Source of the DNA: Ramlibacter sp.
GTDB lineage: Bacteria > Pseudomonadota > Gammaproteobacteria > Burkholderiales > Burkholderiaceae_C
Assembly: GCA_046599015.1 (NCBI GenBank)
Contig: JBKJHN010000128.1
Coordinates: 126 to 64,125 of the forward strand
DNA: 64,000 nt
Direction: 5' to 3'
Part shown: positions 39,647-49,633 of the stretch, piece by piece
Layout: every line of letters begins with the position of its first letter
How positions within the stretch are numbered: the first letter of the stretch is position 1
Made by a program: the position numbers and the translations under genes
The notes under the pieces: generated by a model
Databases searched by the model: none
The model's input: the letters and a program-made list of their open reading frames with translations, nothing else
What the model was told of the DNA's origin: nothing

Positions 39647-41299
39647 TCAACCCGGGCGCCGGCACGGGGCGAACACATCAAGCCGCGAGTCGTAGGCCTG
39701 CGTCCGCACACCGAAGATGCCGAGCAGCGAATGAAACAGGTAGTCGTGGCTCACGGCCTGCTTCTTCGCGTAGTCACGCAGGCACCCGGCACCCAGGCCC
39801 CGACGTTCCGAAAATGCGCTGGACAACCACAGCACGAAGGGCACGCGCGTCTGCACGTCGGGCGCGATCGCCCATGGCATGCCGTGCAGATACAGACCGC
39901 CCTCGCCCAGCGACTCACCATGGTCGGAGACATACAACATGGCAGTGTCGTGTGTCTGCTGCGCCGATTGCAGAAAGTCGATCACCTTGCCAAGGAAGAA
40001 GTCGGTGTACAGGAGCGAGTTGTCGTAGGCATTGACGATCTCCTGGGTGCTGCACAGTCGCAGGTCATCGGTCTCGCAAGCAGGGGTGAACTGCTTGAAG
40101 GCCGGCGGATACCGCTTGAAGTAGGCAGGGCCGTGGCTGCCGAGTTGGTGCATCACGACCAACAGGTTCCCCTGGCGGTCGCGCAGGACCTGGTCCATGC
40201 CGTGCAGCAGGATCTCATCCATGCACTGACCCCGAGCACAGAGTGAATCGACACCGGCGCGATCCAGCTGTTCCACCGGGAGGCCTTCGCACACGGTCTT
40301 GCAGCCCGACTGGTTGTCGCGCCAAAGCACCTTCACGCCGGCGCGCGCCAGGACATGCAGCACCGACTCGTGGGTCAGAATCTTTTCCTCGTCGTACCGC
40401 GCGCGGCCGAACGGCGAGAACATGCACGGCAGCGAGACCTCGGTGGACGTTCCGCATGCCGTTGCATCCGGGAAGTTGATCACATCACGCCTGGCCAGTT
40501 CAGGATTGGTGAGGCGTTCATAGCCATTCAAGGAAAAATTCTTCGCGCGCGCCGTTTCTCCGATCACCAGCACGAACAAGGCCGGCCGCGCGCCTGGCGC
40601 AGCAACAGGCATGGTCGCATCCGCGCCGACCGCAATGCGCGGCTGGTTTGGCCGTTTCACGCGGCCCCAGGCGTTACCGGCCAGCGACGCGACGATGTTG
40701 CCGGGGGTGATCAGGTGCCTGACCTCGCGGTGATTGCGCATCAGGGACGCGACATCGGCAAACACCAGCAGCACGCTGGCTACACCGACGACCAGCGACC
40801 CAGCAACCCAGCCGGCGCGGATCGCGGCGGCTCGCTTGAACGGCCTGCGTTTCAGCGTGGGCCAGCACAGCAACCCCGCGGGTAGAACGCCATACATCAG
40901 CACGTAAGCCGCCAGGCGCCAGCCGAGCAGCTCGCCGGCTTCCTTGTAATTTGTCGCAAGCACGTTGCGGATCATGGCCCGGTCGAGGTAGACGGCGTAC
41001 CGGTCCATGTAGTAGGCCGCCGCTGCCGTCACCACCAACAGGACCGCCAGCAGCGGGCGCACCGTGTGCCGTGTTGCAAACAGGGCGGTGATGGCGAGAT
41101 AGAACGAGGACAGGGCCACGAACATGGCCCCGGCAAAAAGCCAGGTTCCGGGCTCGGACCACGCCCGTCCGGCCAGTGCCGCTCGCCAGAACGGACTGTT
41201 GCCCGCCAGCAGCAGGTACACCGCCACCAGCGCCACAAGCGTTTCGGTATGGACCGCCGGCCGGGCCAGCCGCCGCCTTGGACGGACGGAAATGCTCAT
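39647..41299 (-). CDS. eptA: Lipid A phosphoethanolamine transferase (EptA/MCR family)
   Basis: Five N-terminal TMs, IGETAR, CGTST.VS.PCMFS, WRDNQSGCK, GSHGPAY, SDHGESLGE and LYLHG motifs. Confidence 0.93.
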   Translation of the reverse strand: MSISVRPRRRLARPAVHTETLVALVAVYLLLAGNSPFWRAALAGRAWSEPGTWLFAGAMFVALSSFYLAITALFATRHTVRPLLAVLLVVTAAAAYYMDRYAVYLDRAMIRNVLATNYKEAGELLGWRLAAYVLMYGVLPAGLLCWPTLKRRPFKRAAAIRAGWVAGSLVVGVASVLLVFADVASLMRNHREVRHLITPGNIVASLAGNAWGRVKRPNQPRIAVGADATMPVAAPGARPALFVLVIGETARAKNFSLNGYERLTNPELARRDVINFPDATACGTSTEVSLPCMFSPFGRARYDEEKILTHESVLHVLARAGVKVLWRDNQSGCKTVCEGLPVEQLDRAGVDSLCARGQCMDEILLHGMDQVLRDRQGNLLVVMHQLGSHGPAYFKRYPPAFKQFTPACETDDLRLCSTQEIVNAYDNSLLYTDFFLGKVIDFLQSAQQTHDTAMLYVSDHGESLGEGGLYLHGMPWAIAPDVQTRVPFVLWLSSAFSERRGLGAGCLRDYAKKQAVSHDYLFHSLLGIFGVRTQAYDSRLDVFAPCRRPG

Positions 41300-41457
41300 G
41301 GAGTGGGGAGTATGCCTTGATGGTCATAACCCGTGCTTGGAGGGTTGGGGCCGACCGTCTTGAATGCCGGTAAAATGAAGGGCTTTGCGCCAAGGCGCAC
41401 CCGCCGCAGCCCGCGCCCGTTCTGGCGCCACCGCGGCCTACTTGCAACACTTTCGTT

Positions 41458-42012
41458 ATGAAAATCGCTCAAGAAATCCGCGCCGGCAACGTGATCATGA
41501 ACGGCAAGGACCCGATGGTAGTCCTGAAGACCGAATACGCACGAGGCGGGCGAAATGCCGCCACCGTGCGGATGAAGCTCAAGAGCCTGATCGCCAACTT
41601 CAACACCGAGGTCGTGTTCAAGGCGGACGACAAGATGGACCAGATCGTGCTGGACAAGAAGGAATGCACCTACTCCTACTTCGCCGACCCGATGTACGTG
41701 TTCATGGATGCCGAGTACAACCAGTACGAGGTCGAGAAGGAAAACATGGGCGATGCGCTGAACTACCTTGAAGACGGGATGCCCGCCGACGTGGTGTTCT
41801 ACGAGGGCAAGGCGCTTTCGGTCGAACTGCCCACCAACGTGGAACGGGAGATCACTTGGACCGAGCCGGCCGTCAAGGGCGACACCTCCGGCAAGGTGCT
41901 CAAGCCCGCCAAGATCGCGACCGGCTTCGACATTGGCGTGCCGATCTTCGTGGCGCAGGGCGACAAGGTGGAAATCGACACCCGCACCGGCGAATACCGC
42001 CGGCGGGTCTGA
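41458..42012 (+). CDS. efp: Elongation factor P (Arg32 type)
   Basis: [18 protein letters not shown] loop with Arg32, PAVKGDTS...KPA, DTRTGEY. Confidence 0.97.
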   Translation: MKIAQEIRAGNVIMNGKDPMVVLKTEYARGGRNAATVRMKLKSLIANFNTEVVFKADDKMDQIVLDKKECTYSYFADPMYVFMDAEYNQYEVEKENMGDALNYLEDGMPADVVFYEGKALSVELPTNVEREITWTEPAVKGDTSGKVLKPAKIATGFDIGVPIFVAQGDKVEIDTRTGEYRRRV

Positions 42013-42030
42013 ACTGCACTGAAGTCGATG

Positions 42031-42058
42031 AAGGCTCCGCAAGGGGCCTTTTGTTTTT
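42031..42058 (+). terminator. Rho-independent terminator after efp
   Basis: AAGGCTCC-GCAA-GGGGCCTT followed by a T-tract. Confidence 0.75.
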
Positions 42059-42066
42059 CGGTCTCC

Positions 42067-42867
42067 ATGGAATTCGATCTCAACCAGATCCCGGTGCCAT
42101 TCCGGATGCAGCCCGGTCTGCGCCGGCTGGATGCGGGCGAGCCGCACCTGACGCGGCTTGATCCCGACAGCGTTCTGTACCGCGAAAAGCGCGCAGTGTT
42201 CGAAGCGGCCCAGTCGCGCCACGTGGTGCCGGGATTTGACTGCGCCCCGGCACTTGCAGCGATCGAAGCGGAACCCGTAGTGCACGCGAACGACGAGGGA
42301 ACCGGAGAGCGCCCGCTGGAATTGGCATTCGAGGAAGACCTGGCAATTCTGGACGGTGCAACGGGGACGATCCCCTGGTTGTGCGTCTGCGTGCCCTCTC
42401 ATTGGGCACCCGAAGAAAAACTGGGTCTCGATTTCGCGGCCTTGCATCGGCCTGTGGCCGACAATGCGGCGCTTGTTGCCGCGTCCCAGCAACTGGTGTC
42501 ACTGGTGACCTCGGGCGATCGGTGGGAACGGCATGTCTGGACCATCACTGCGTCGAACCGGTACGACCAGCATCCCCGCCGTCATCCACGCGCACCTTGG
42601 CCCGCTGAACCGGATGCTCAGGCGTTCGCGCAGCAGTGCTGGGTGCGACAGGAGCGGCAGACCTTCTTTCCAGTCGGCAGGGGCACCCGCCAAGCCGTCT
42701 TCACGATCCGAGTCGCACTCCAGCCATTGCCTGACGCAGTCCGCCCTTCAGGAAGTGCCAGGCGCTTGCGTCAATCTCTGGCCTCGATGTCGCAAGCGAT
42801 CCTGGATTACAAGAACCTTGGCGCCGCGCGCGAGCGCTTGCTGCACTGGCTGGAATCGCAACCCTGA
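42067..42867 (+). CDS. DUF3445 / heme-dependent oxidative N-demethylase alpha-like protein
   Basis: EEDLAIL, CVPSHWAPEEKLG..F..LH.PV, R.VWTI and R.ERQT...VFTIR motifs. Confidence 0.8.
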   Translation: MEFDLNQIPVPFRMQPGLRRLDAGEPHLTRLDPDSVLYREKRAVFEAAQSRHVVPGFDCAPALAAIEAEPVVHANDEGTGERPLELAFEEDLAILDGATGTIPWLCVCVPSHWAPEEKLGLDFAALHRPVADNAALVAASQQLVSLVTSGDRWERHVWTITASNRYDQHPRRHPRAPWPAEPDAQAFAQQCWVRQERQTFFPVGRGTRQAVFTIRVALQPLPDAVRPSGSARRLRQSLASMSQAILDYKNLGAARERLLHWLESQP

Positions 42868-42876
42868 TGGACCCGG

Positions 42877-43785
42877 ATGGCTGCGACGGAGAACCGCCAC
42901 GGATTGCCGCAGAATGGCGGCATGCCTTCCAGCCGAAACATCCACGACCGCCGCCTGGCCGACGCCTGGGCCACCCTGCATGCCCATTCGAGCGCCGGCC
43001 TGCCGCTGGACCCAGACGCCAGCCGTTTGGCATTCGCCGACCCCGAATTCCTGCTGCGACGTGAAACGCGCGGCATTCGCTTCCAGCTCGAACTGCTCAA
43101 GCCCGACCTGGAGCAGCAGGCGCTCGGCATAGAGAACACGATTGTCGTGTTCGGCAGCGCCCGTTTCCGCAGCGAGGAGGAGTCCGCGGAGCTCGTGGTG
43201 GCAGCCCAGGCTGGGGGCGACGAAGCGCACATCCGGCGTGCCCGGGCTCTGGCGCGCAACGCCCATTACTATGAAAAGGCCCGCGCCTTCGGCAAACTCA
43301 TCGCAGAGTACAGCACTGGCAAGGCTCCGGAAGACATGCTCTTCATCTGCACAGGGGGCGGGCCGGGCATCATGCAGGGCGCCAATCGCGGGGCTTACGA
43401 GGGCGACGGCATCAGCGTCGGCCTGTCTATTGCCTTGCCAATGGAAGAAAGCGCCAATCCGTACGTCACGCCCGCGCTGTCCTTCAAGTTTCATTACTTC
43501 GCCTTGCGCAAGATGCACTTCATGATGCGGGCCAAGGCGCTGGTGGCATTTCCGGGGGGATTCGGGACGCTGGACGAGCTGTTCGAGGTGATCACCCTGG
43601 TCCAGACGCGCAAGGCGAGGCAGGTGCCGATCGTGCTGTTCGGATCGGAGTACTGGAAGCGCCTGATCAATTTCGATGTGCTGATCGAGGAAGGCGTGAT
43701 CTCCCCGGCTGACCTCGACCTGTTCCAGTACGCTGACGATCCAGCCGATGCCTGGAAGAGCATCAGGGACTTCTACCGCCTCTAG
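42877..43785 (+). CDS. LOG family protein (TIGR00730, nucleotide-binding)
   Basis: VFGSAR, TGGGPGIM..ANRGA, FHYFALRK and PGGFGTLDE motifs; start may be 42922. Confidence 0.9.
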   Translation: MAATENRHGLPQNGGMPSSRNIHDRRLADAWATLHAHSSAGLPLDPDASRLAFADPEFLLRRETRGIRFQLELLKPDLEQQALGIENTIVVFGSARFRSEEESAELVVAAQAGGDEAHIRRARALARNAHYYEKARAFGKLIAEYSTGKAPEDMLFICTGGGPGIMQGANRGAYEGDGISVGLSIALPMEESANPYVTPALSFKFHYFALRKMHFMMRAKALVAFPGGFGTLDELFEVITLVQTRKARQVPIVLFGSEYWKRLINFDVLIEEGVISPADLDLFQYADDPADAWKSIRDFYRL

Positions 43786-44935
43786 GTTGACCGTCGAGCT
43801 TGAAGGCAATGCGGGTTCCCGCGCCGACCGCGGCGCCTGTGATCCAGAACACGCCCGCAATACCGATCACGCTGCCGACCAGGCCGAACAACATCGGCAT
43901 GATCACGCTGGAGGCATTGATGGCCATCAGACGCATCGCGATGGCTTCCCCGTGCCGGTGTTCCGGGGTCATCTGGTGCAGGCTGCTCATGATCATGGGC
44001 TGCACGGATCCGAGAGCGAACCCCAGCAGGATCGAGCACATGCCCATCGCCGCAGGGGTCTGCAGCAATGGGTAGATGCCGAACAACACGGCTGTGCAAG
44101 CCATTGCGCCGGCAATCACCTTCCATTCGCGCAACCGCGCCGCCAGCAGGGGCAACAACACCCTGACCAGTACCGCGGCGACGGCGAAAGCCCCAAGGAT
44201 GGTTCCGATCACCGACGCCGAAAAGCCCCGCTCATGCCCCAGCACGGGAACGACAAAGGTATGGACGTCCCAGCAGGACGAGAGAAACCAGTTCACCAGC
44301 AAGAGCCGGCGGAATCCGGGCTCGCGCAAGAGGTCCCAGGCCTTGTTCGTCGCCGCGGTCGGGGATGGCGCGACACGTGGCAACTCGTGCAAGGAGCGGA
44401 CTGCGAGCCAGGAAAGCACCGGCAGCAAAGCCATGATCAGAAAAGCGAAGCGGAAGCCGCCGTAGTCGATCGCCAGCCCGGCACTGAAGGGCCCGAGGAA
44501 ATTCGAGATCGCAGGGCCGATGGCCAGCCAGGAGAACACCTGCATCAGCTGGGTCGCGTTGCCGGCGGCTCGGCCGGCGTGCCGCTGCAGAGCGATCGAT
44601 GCCGCCCCAGTGGCGCCACCGGTGAGCAAGGCACTCAGGCAAAGGACGGGGAACACCGGAAACGCAACGGCGAGTCCGGCGCCTGCCGTGCCGGCAATGA
44701 CGCTCAGGCCCATCGGCCGCTTGAGTCCGAACCGGTCGGAGAATCGTCCCGCCGGTAGTGCCAGGAATACCTGAGTCAGCGCGAACAGCGCCAACAGTAC
44801 GCCCACGGCTGCCTCACTGTAGCCCTGACGCAGTGCGAGCAGAGGCGAAGCCATGCGCATGCCGGCCATGCACGCATGCAGGAAGACAAAACCGCCAATC
44901 AGACGGGCCAGCGTCGGACTGAGACCGCCGGTCAT
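43763..44935 (-). CDS. MFS transporter
   Basis: About twelve TM segments; GRFSDRFG motif A. Confidence 0.88.
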   Translation of the reverse strand: MTGGLSPTLARLIGGFVFLHACMAGMRMASPLLALRQGYSEAAVGVLLALFALTQVFLALPAGRFSDRFGLKRPMGLSVIAGTAGAGLAVAFPVFPVLCLSALLTGGATGAASIALQRHAGRAAGNATQLMQVFSWLAIGPAISNFLGPFSAGLAIDYGGFRFAFLIMALLPVLSWLAVRSLHELPRVAPSPTAATNKAWDLLREPGFRRLLLVNWFLSSCWDVHTFVVPVLGHERGFSASVIGTILGAFAVAAVLVRVLLPLLAARLREWKVIAGAMACTAVLFGIYPLLQTPAAMGMCSILLGFALGSVQPMIMSSLHQMTPEHRHGEAIAMRLMAINASSVIMPMLFGLVGSVIGIAGVFWITGAAVGAGTRIAFKLDGQPRGGRSP

Positions 44936-46266
44936 GAAAGCGCGTCATCTCCTTCGGCGGGTGGGAGCAGCGCCTGCGCCTGCGCTTCGGGCAGGGCTTC
45001 GACCACCTTCAGGGCCCGGCGCATCTGGTTGGTTCGAGTTTGCGCCGTCTCCAGCGTGTCCGATGCCTTGCGCACTTGTTCGCGGATCTTCTCGACCCAG
45101 TTGCCGTAGCGCTCGAACTCGGTCTTCACCGCTCCGAGCACCTTCCAAACCTCCGATGCCTGCTGCTCCAGTGCCAAGGTGCGAAAACCCATGTGCAAAC
45201 TGTTGAGCATCGCCAGCAACGTGGTGGGCCCGGCCAGAGTCACACGGTAGTCCCGCTGCAAGCTGTCCATCAGCCCCGGCCGGCGCAACACCTCCGCGTA
45301 AAGGCTTTCGATCGGCAGGAACAGTATCGCGAAGTCGGTTGTCTGCGGCGGGCACAGATAGCAGTCGCTGATCGACTTTGCTTCGGTCCGGATGCGCGAC
45401 TCCAGTGCACGCGCCGCGATGTCCGCCGCGGCGGGGTCGGCCCGGTCCTGCGCATCGAGCAAACGTTCGTAGTCATCGCGCGGAAACTTGGCATCCACGG
45501 GCAGCCACACCGGCGTGCCGTCCGCGCTTCGCCCGGGGAACCGGATCGCGAAATCGACGCGCTGGTTGCTGCGCGGCTTGGTCTCGACCTGCTTGGCATA
45601 CTGCTCTGGGGTGAGCACCTGTTCAAGCAACGCCTCCAGCTGCACTTCACCGAATATGCCGCGGCTCTTGACGTTGGTCAGCACGCGCTGCAAGTCGCCG
45701 ACGCCCTGAGCCAGGGTCTGCATCTCGCCCAGGCCCTTGTGGACCTGCTCCAGGCGATCGGCGACCTGCTTGAAGCTTTCGCCCAACCGCGTCTCCAGCG
45801 TGGCATGGAGTTTCTCGTCCACGGTCTTGCGCATCTCGTCGAGCTTGGCGGCGTTGCTCTGCTGCAAGAGAGTCAGCTGTGCATCCAGGGTCGCCCGCAC
45901 TTCCGTCATGCGCCTCGCATTCGACTCGCCCAAGTTCTGCAGTTGCAGCGAGAGCGTGTCCGAAAGCGTCTTCTGCAGCAACGTGAGCTGCTGGGCGAAG
46001 GCATCGATCTGCGTGTTCTGGGTGCGCGTTGCCTCGGCTCCCTGCTTGACGATGGCGTCCTGAAAGGTCGCCAGCGTGTGCGTCAGCTCGGTGCGGGCGC
46101 CGCGCGACGACTCGCTGATCTCGCGGCGCAACTCACGCTCCATGCGCTCGTTGGCAGCCAGCGCCTCCATTCGGGCGGCTTCATTGACCGGCGGCTTGCG
46201 CATCAACAGGAGGAAAACCAGCACCAAGTTGGCGATCGCCAGGGCGATCAGGGACCATAGCTCCAA
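44932..46266 (-). CDS. rmuC: DNA recombination protein RmuC
   Basis: N-terminal TM, coiled coil, RG.FGEVQL, VDAKFP, TTDFAILFLP.ESLY and GPTTL motifs. Confidence 0.93.
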   Translation of the reverse strand: MELWSLIALAIANLVLVFLLLMRKPPVNEAARMEALAANERMERELRREISESSRGARTELTHTLATFQDAIVKQGAEATRTQNTQIDAFAQQLTLLQKTLSDTLSLQLQNLGESNARRMTEVRATLDAQLTLLQQSNAAKLDEMRKTVDEKLHATLETRLGESFKQVADRLEQVHKGLGEMQTLAQGVGDLQRVLTNVKSRGIFGEVQLEALLEQVLTPEQYAKQVETKPRSNQRVDFAIRFPGRSADGTPVWLPVDAKFPRDDYERLLDAQDRADPAAADIAARALESRIRTEAKSISDCYLCPPQTTDFAILFLPIESLYAEVLRRPGLMDSLQRDYRVTLAGPTTLLAMLNSLHMGFRTLALEQQASEVWKVLGAVKTEFERYGNWVEKIREQVRKASDTLETAQTRTNQMRRALKVVEALPEAQAQALLPPAEGDDALS

Positions 46267-46274
46267 GTGCGGCC

Positions 46275-47264
46275 TCAGTTCAGCGCTTCGGGGTTCAGGG
46301 GCGTCACAGCCTTGCCGTGCACCAGGAACCCGATCAGGTTGTCGGCGGCAAGGTTGGCCATCGCCATCCGTGTCGGCACCGTGGCGCTGGCGATGTGCGG
46401 AGTCAGGACCACGTTCGGCACCGTCAGCAGGTCCGGGTGAACCTTGGGCTCGCCTTCATACACATCGAGCCCGGCGGCCGCGATGCGCTTGTCCCGCAAG
46501 GCCGCGGCCAACGCCACATCGTCCACGATGCCACCGCGAGCGATATTGATCAGTGTCGCTGTCGGCTTCATCAGCGCTATCTCCGCGGCGCCGATCGCGT
46601 GGTGGGAGGACGGCGAATACGGAAGCACCAGCACCAGGTGATCCGTCGTCTTGAGCAATTCCTCCTTGCTCACGTAACGGGCCCGGCACTGCTCTTCGAG
46701 CTCGGGTGCCAGCCGTGAACGGTTGTGGTAGATCACTTTCATGGCAAAGCCGTGGGCTCCGCGGCGCGCGATGCCCTGGCCGATGCGGCCCATGCCAAGG
46801 ATGCCCAGCGTGCTGCCGTGAACGTCCGACCCCGCGAACATGTCATAGCTCCAGCGGTCCCATTTGCCGGAACGCAGGTAATGTTCGCTTTCCGTGATTC
46901 GCCGCGCAGTGGCCATCAGCAACGCGAATCCGAAATCCGCCGTGGTCTCCGTCAGAACGTCGGGCGTGTTGGTGCCCAGCACCTTGCGCGACGTCATGGC
47001 CGGGAGATCGAAGTTGTTGTAGCCCACTGCCATGTTGGCGCAGATCTTCAACCCGGGTGCGGCCGCGAGAACCTCCGCATCGATCCGGTCACCGCCGGTT
47101 GTGAAGGCGCCCGCCTTGTCGCGCAGCTGTTCGGTCAGCTGCTGTCTGGACCAGGGCTGGTCGCCCTGATTGGACTGCACCTCGAAGTGCGGCTCCAGCC
47201 GGGCGAGAACCTCGGGAAAGATCGCTCGGGCGACCAGGATCTTGTGCTTTTGCATCGCTGTCAC
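46275..47264 (-). CDS. D-isomer-specific 2-hydroxyacid dehydrogenase (glyoxylate/hydroxypyruvate reductase-like)
   Basis: AVGYNN, NTPDVLTETTAD, GMGRIG, NIARGG, AGLDVYEGEP and PHIAS motifs; start may be 47255. Confidence 0.92.
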   Translation of the reverse strand: MTAMQKHKILVARAIFPEVLARLEPHFEVQSNQGDQPWSRQQLTEQLRDKAGAFTTGGDRIDAEVLAAAPGLKICANMAVGYNNFDLPAMTSRKVLGTNTPDVLTETTADFGFALLMATARRITESEHYLRSGKWDRWSYDMFAGSDVHGSTLGILGMGRIGQGIARRGAHGFAMKVIYHNRSRLAPELEEQCRARYVSKEELLKTTDHLVLVLPYSPSSHHAIGAAEIALMKPTATLINIARGGIVDDVALAAALRDKRIAAAGLDVYEGEPKVHPDLLTVPNVVLTPHIASATVPTRMAMANLAADNLIGFLVHGKAVTPLNPEALN

Positions 47265-47351
47265 GGCACGGCGCCGCGTTTTTCTGTGGCCGCCCGATTA
47301 TGCGGCTCGGCCCCCACCTCACCTGAAAGACGCGCTGAACGCCACTCGACT

Positions 47352-47426
47352 GTAGGCTGGTACCTACGGCAGTTTTTCCGGGAATCCTACCGGCCGAGCA
47401 CCGGAGCCACCCTACATTTTTCCTAC
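47352..47426. promoter_or_regulatory. Cluster of CCTAC/GTAGG motifs upstream of csbD
   Basis: GTAGG 47352 with CCTAC at 47363, 47386, 47411 and 47422. Confidence 0.5.
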
Positions 47427-47480
47427 GCCTGCCCCTGCGCGGTTGCGCACGCAGGCGAAATCAACTTCTGGAGAATCGCG

Positions 47481-47699
47481 ATGAACGAAGACCGTATGCA
47501 AGGCAACTGGAAGCAGGTCAAGGGCAAGTTCAAAGAGCAATGGGGCAAGCTGACTGACGACGACCTCGACGTGATCGCCGGAAAACGCGACCAGCTGCTC
47601 GGGCGCATCCAGGAGCGCCATGGCATCGCCAAAGACGAGGCGGAGCGTCAGGTCGATGCTTTTGAGCGCCAGAACCCGGACTACCGGTTCGACAAATGA
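47481..47699 (+). CDS. CsbD family general stress protein
   Basis: MNEDRMQGNWKQVKGKFKEQWGKLTDDDL...GKRDQLLGRIQERHG; GGAG RBS. Confidence 0.92.
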   Translation: MNEDRMQGNWKQVKGKFKEQWGKLTDDDLDVIAGKRDQLLGRIQERHGIAKDEAERQVDAFERQNPDYRFDK

Positions 47700-47723
47700 T
47701 CCCGCTTCACGCCAAGGTCGAAA

Positions 47724-47915
47724 TCAGGTGACCAAGGCGGGCAGCGAGCGAACCGGCGCTGGGGCATTGACCACGGTGTCGAACCAACTGTAATAGACGA
47801 CGTTGTTGACGTGCCCGTAGACGTCGTTGTCCATCCACCGGGTTCCCAGGCCCCAGAAGACACGGTACACACCCCGCGGCGAGGGGTGAGGCTTGTCGGG
47901 CGTGTTGTCGGTCAT
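47724..47915 (-). pseudogene. Truncated 4HBT-like acyl-CoA thioesterase
   Basis: [23 protein letters not shown] motif, but the ORF stops at 63 aa; about half of the hotdog fold is missing. Confidence 0.75.
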
Positions 47916-48841
47916 CCCGACGGATTCTGCCAGCGGCGCGCGTAGTCCGCTGCAACCCGGAAAGTGTTGATCTGGACTTGAACCGTGTCTTCGATGCGTG
48001 TGCCATAGCCGCCCGCCATCGCGAATGCCAGCGGGATGCGCCGCTGCCAGGTCCAGTCGAACACACGCCGGTCCCGCGCCTCGAGCCCGTCCCAGGTGAG
48101 CTTCAGCCGGCCCAGCCGGTCGCCCTCGTGGGGATCGGCGCCAGCGAGATAGATGACCAGACCGGGCTCGAACCTTTGCTGCATTTCCTGGAGCGCATGT
48201 TCGAGGGCGGCCAGATATTCGTCATCGCCACATCCATCCGGCAACGCCACGTCCAGGTCGCTCGCCTCCTTGCGAAACGGAAAATTCTTTTGCCCGTGCA
48301 GCGATAACGTGAACACGCTCGAGTCATCCCTGAAGATATGAGCCGTGCCATTGCCCTGGTGCACGTCGAGGTCGATGATGGCTACCCTCAGCGCCGCCGG
48401 ATACGATCGAACCCACTCGGTCTGCATCAGGCGCGAAGCAACTGCAGCGTCGTTGAAAACGCAGAAACCGCCGCCCCGGTCGGCATAAGCGTGATGCGTC
48501 CCCCCAGCGATATTGGCGGACACGCCTTGTCTGATGGCGGCACGACAGGCCGCGATCGTCGCGCCGACCGAACGCCGGGCTCGCTCCGCCATGGCTTCGC
48601 TCCATGGAAAACCGATCTCGCGCATGGCTTTTGCGTCCAGTCGGCCATGGGTGATGGCATCCACGTACCCTGGGCTATGGATCAGCGCAAGCTCCCCGTC
48701 CGTCGCGGGCAATGCCTGCATCAGCTCGACGCAGGGAAGTTCGCAAGCCAGCCGGTCCCGCAACAACTGGTACTTGACCATCGGGAAACGATGGCCAGGG
48801 GGCAAGGGGAGCACGAACTGGGTCGCGTAGAAGACCTGCAT
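47912..48841 (-). CDS. Histone deacetylase family protein
   Basis: [40 protein letters not shown] and GGY motifs. Confidence 0.93.
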   Translation of the reverse strand: MQVFYATQFVLPLPPGHRFPMVKYQLLRDRLACELPCVELMQALPATDGELALIHSPGYVDAITHGRLDAKAMREIGFPWSEAMAERARRSVGATIAACRAAIRQGVSANIAGGTHHAYADRGGGFCVFNDAAVASRLMQTEWVRSYPAALRVAIIDLDVHQGNGTAHIFRDDSSVFTLSLHGQKNFPFRKEASDLDVALPDGCGDDEYLAALEHALQEMQQRFEPGLVIYLAGADPHEGDRLGRLKLTWDGLEARDRRVFDWTWQRRIPLAFAMAGGYGTRIEDTVQVQINTFRVAADYARRWQNPSG

Positions 48842-48894
48842 GCCACCATTGTGGGCAAGGGTGCGGCGCCAGTTTCTAGGTACGGCATTCTAGA

Positions 48895-48970
48895 ATGTTG
48901 CAATGCAGCAAAAATCACTTGCAATCGCCGTCGCCGACCGTATACTTCTATCCATGCTGCGCTGCAACAT
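48895..48970 (+). promoter_or_regulatory. Phasin promoter flanked by two PhaR-like boxes
   Basis: ATGTTGCAATGCAGCA (48895-48910) and ATGCTGCGCTGCAACAT (48954-48970) flank TTGCAA-N16-TATACT; TGC-N2-TGCA palindromes are typical of PhaR sites. Confidence 0.65.
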
Positions 48971-49037
48971 AACAGGCTCTCCCGGCCCAGTTCAGAGCAG
49001 ACATCGATTTGTCACTTAACCACTGGAGATTTTTATT

Positions 49038-49583
49038 ATGCTGACCGCTGAACAAGTCATGGCCTCGCAAAAAGCCACCGTTGAAACCCTTTTTGGCCTG
49101 ACCACCAAGGCATTTGAAGGCGTCGAGAAGCTGGTCGAACTGAATGTGACTGCTTCCAAGGCCGCGCTGGTCGAGGCCGCCGACACGACACAAGCGATGC
49201 TGAGCGTCAAGGACGCGCAAGAGCTCCTGGCCCTGCAAGCCTCGCTGTTCCAACCCCTGGCCGAAAAGACCGCCGCCTACAGCCGTCATCTGTATGACAT
49301 CGCTTCGGGCGCAGGCGCTGAATTCGGCAAATCTTTCGAGTCGCAAGCTGCTGACCTGCAGAAGAAGTTCCTGGCTGTCGTCGACAACGCCGCCAAGAAC
49401 GCGCCGGCCGGCAGCGAGACCGCTGTTGCCGTCTTCAAGAGCGCTGTGGCCGCCGGCAACAACGCCCTTGAGTCGGTTCAGAAGGCCGTCAAGCAAGCCA
49501 GCGACGTCGCTGAAGCCAACTTCAACTCGGTCGCGAACCAAGCCGTGAACGCCGCCAAGACCACGACCTCCAAGAAGCGCTAA
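49038..49583 (+). CDS. phaP: Phasin (PHA granule-associated protein)
   Basis: [45 protein letters not shown] and KNAPAGSE, as in betaproteobacterial PhaP1. Confidence 0.95.
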   Translation: MLTAEQVMASQKATVETLFGLTTKAFEGVEKLVELNVTASKAALVEAADTTQAMLSVKDAQELLALQASLFQPLAEKTAAYSRHLYDIASGAGAEFGKSFESQAADLQKKFLAVVDNAAKNAPAGSETAVAVFKSAVAAGNNALESVQKAVKQASDVAEANFNSVANQAVNAAKTTTSKKR

Positions 49584-49633
49584 TCAGTAGCGGAGCCTCT
49601 ATCCGACACTCGTGTTGAACGAGAGTTCTACAG

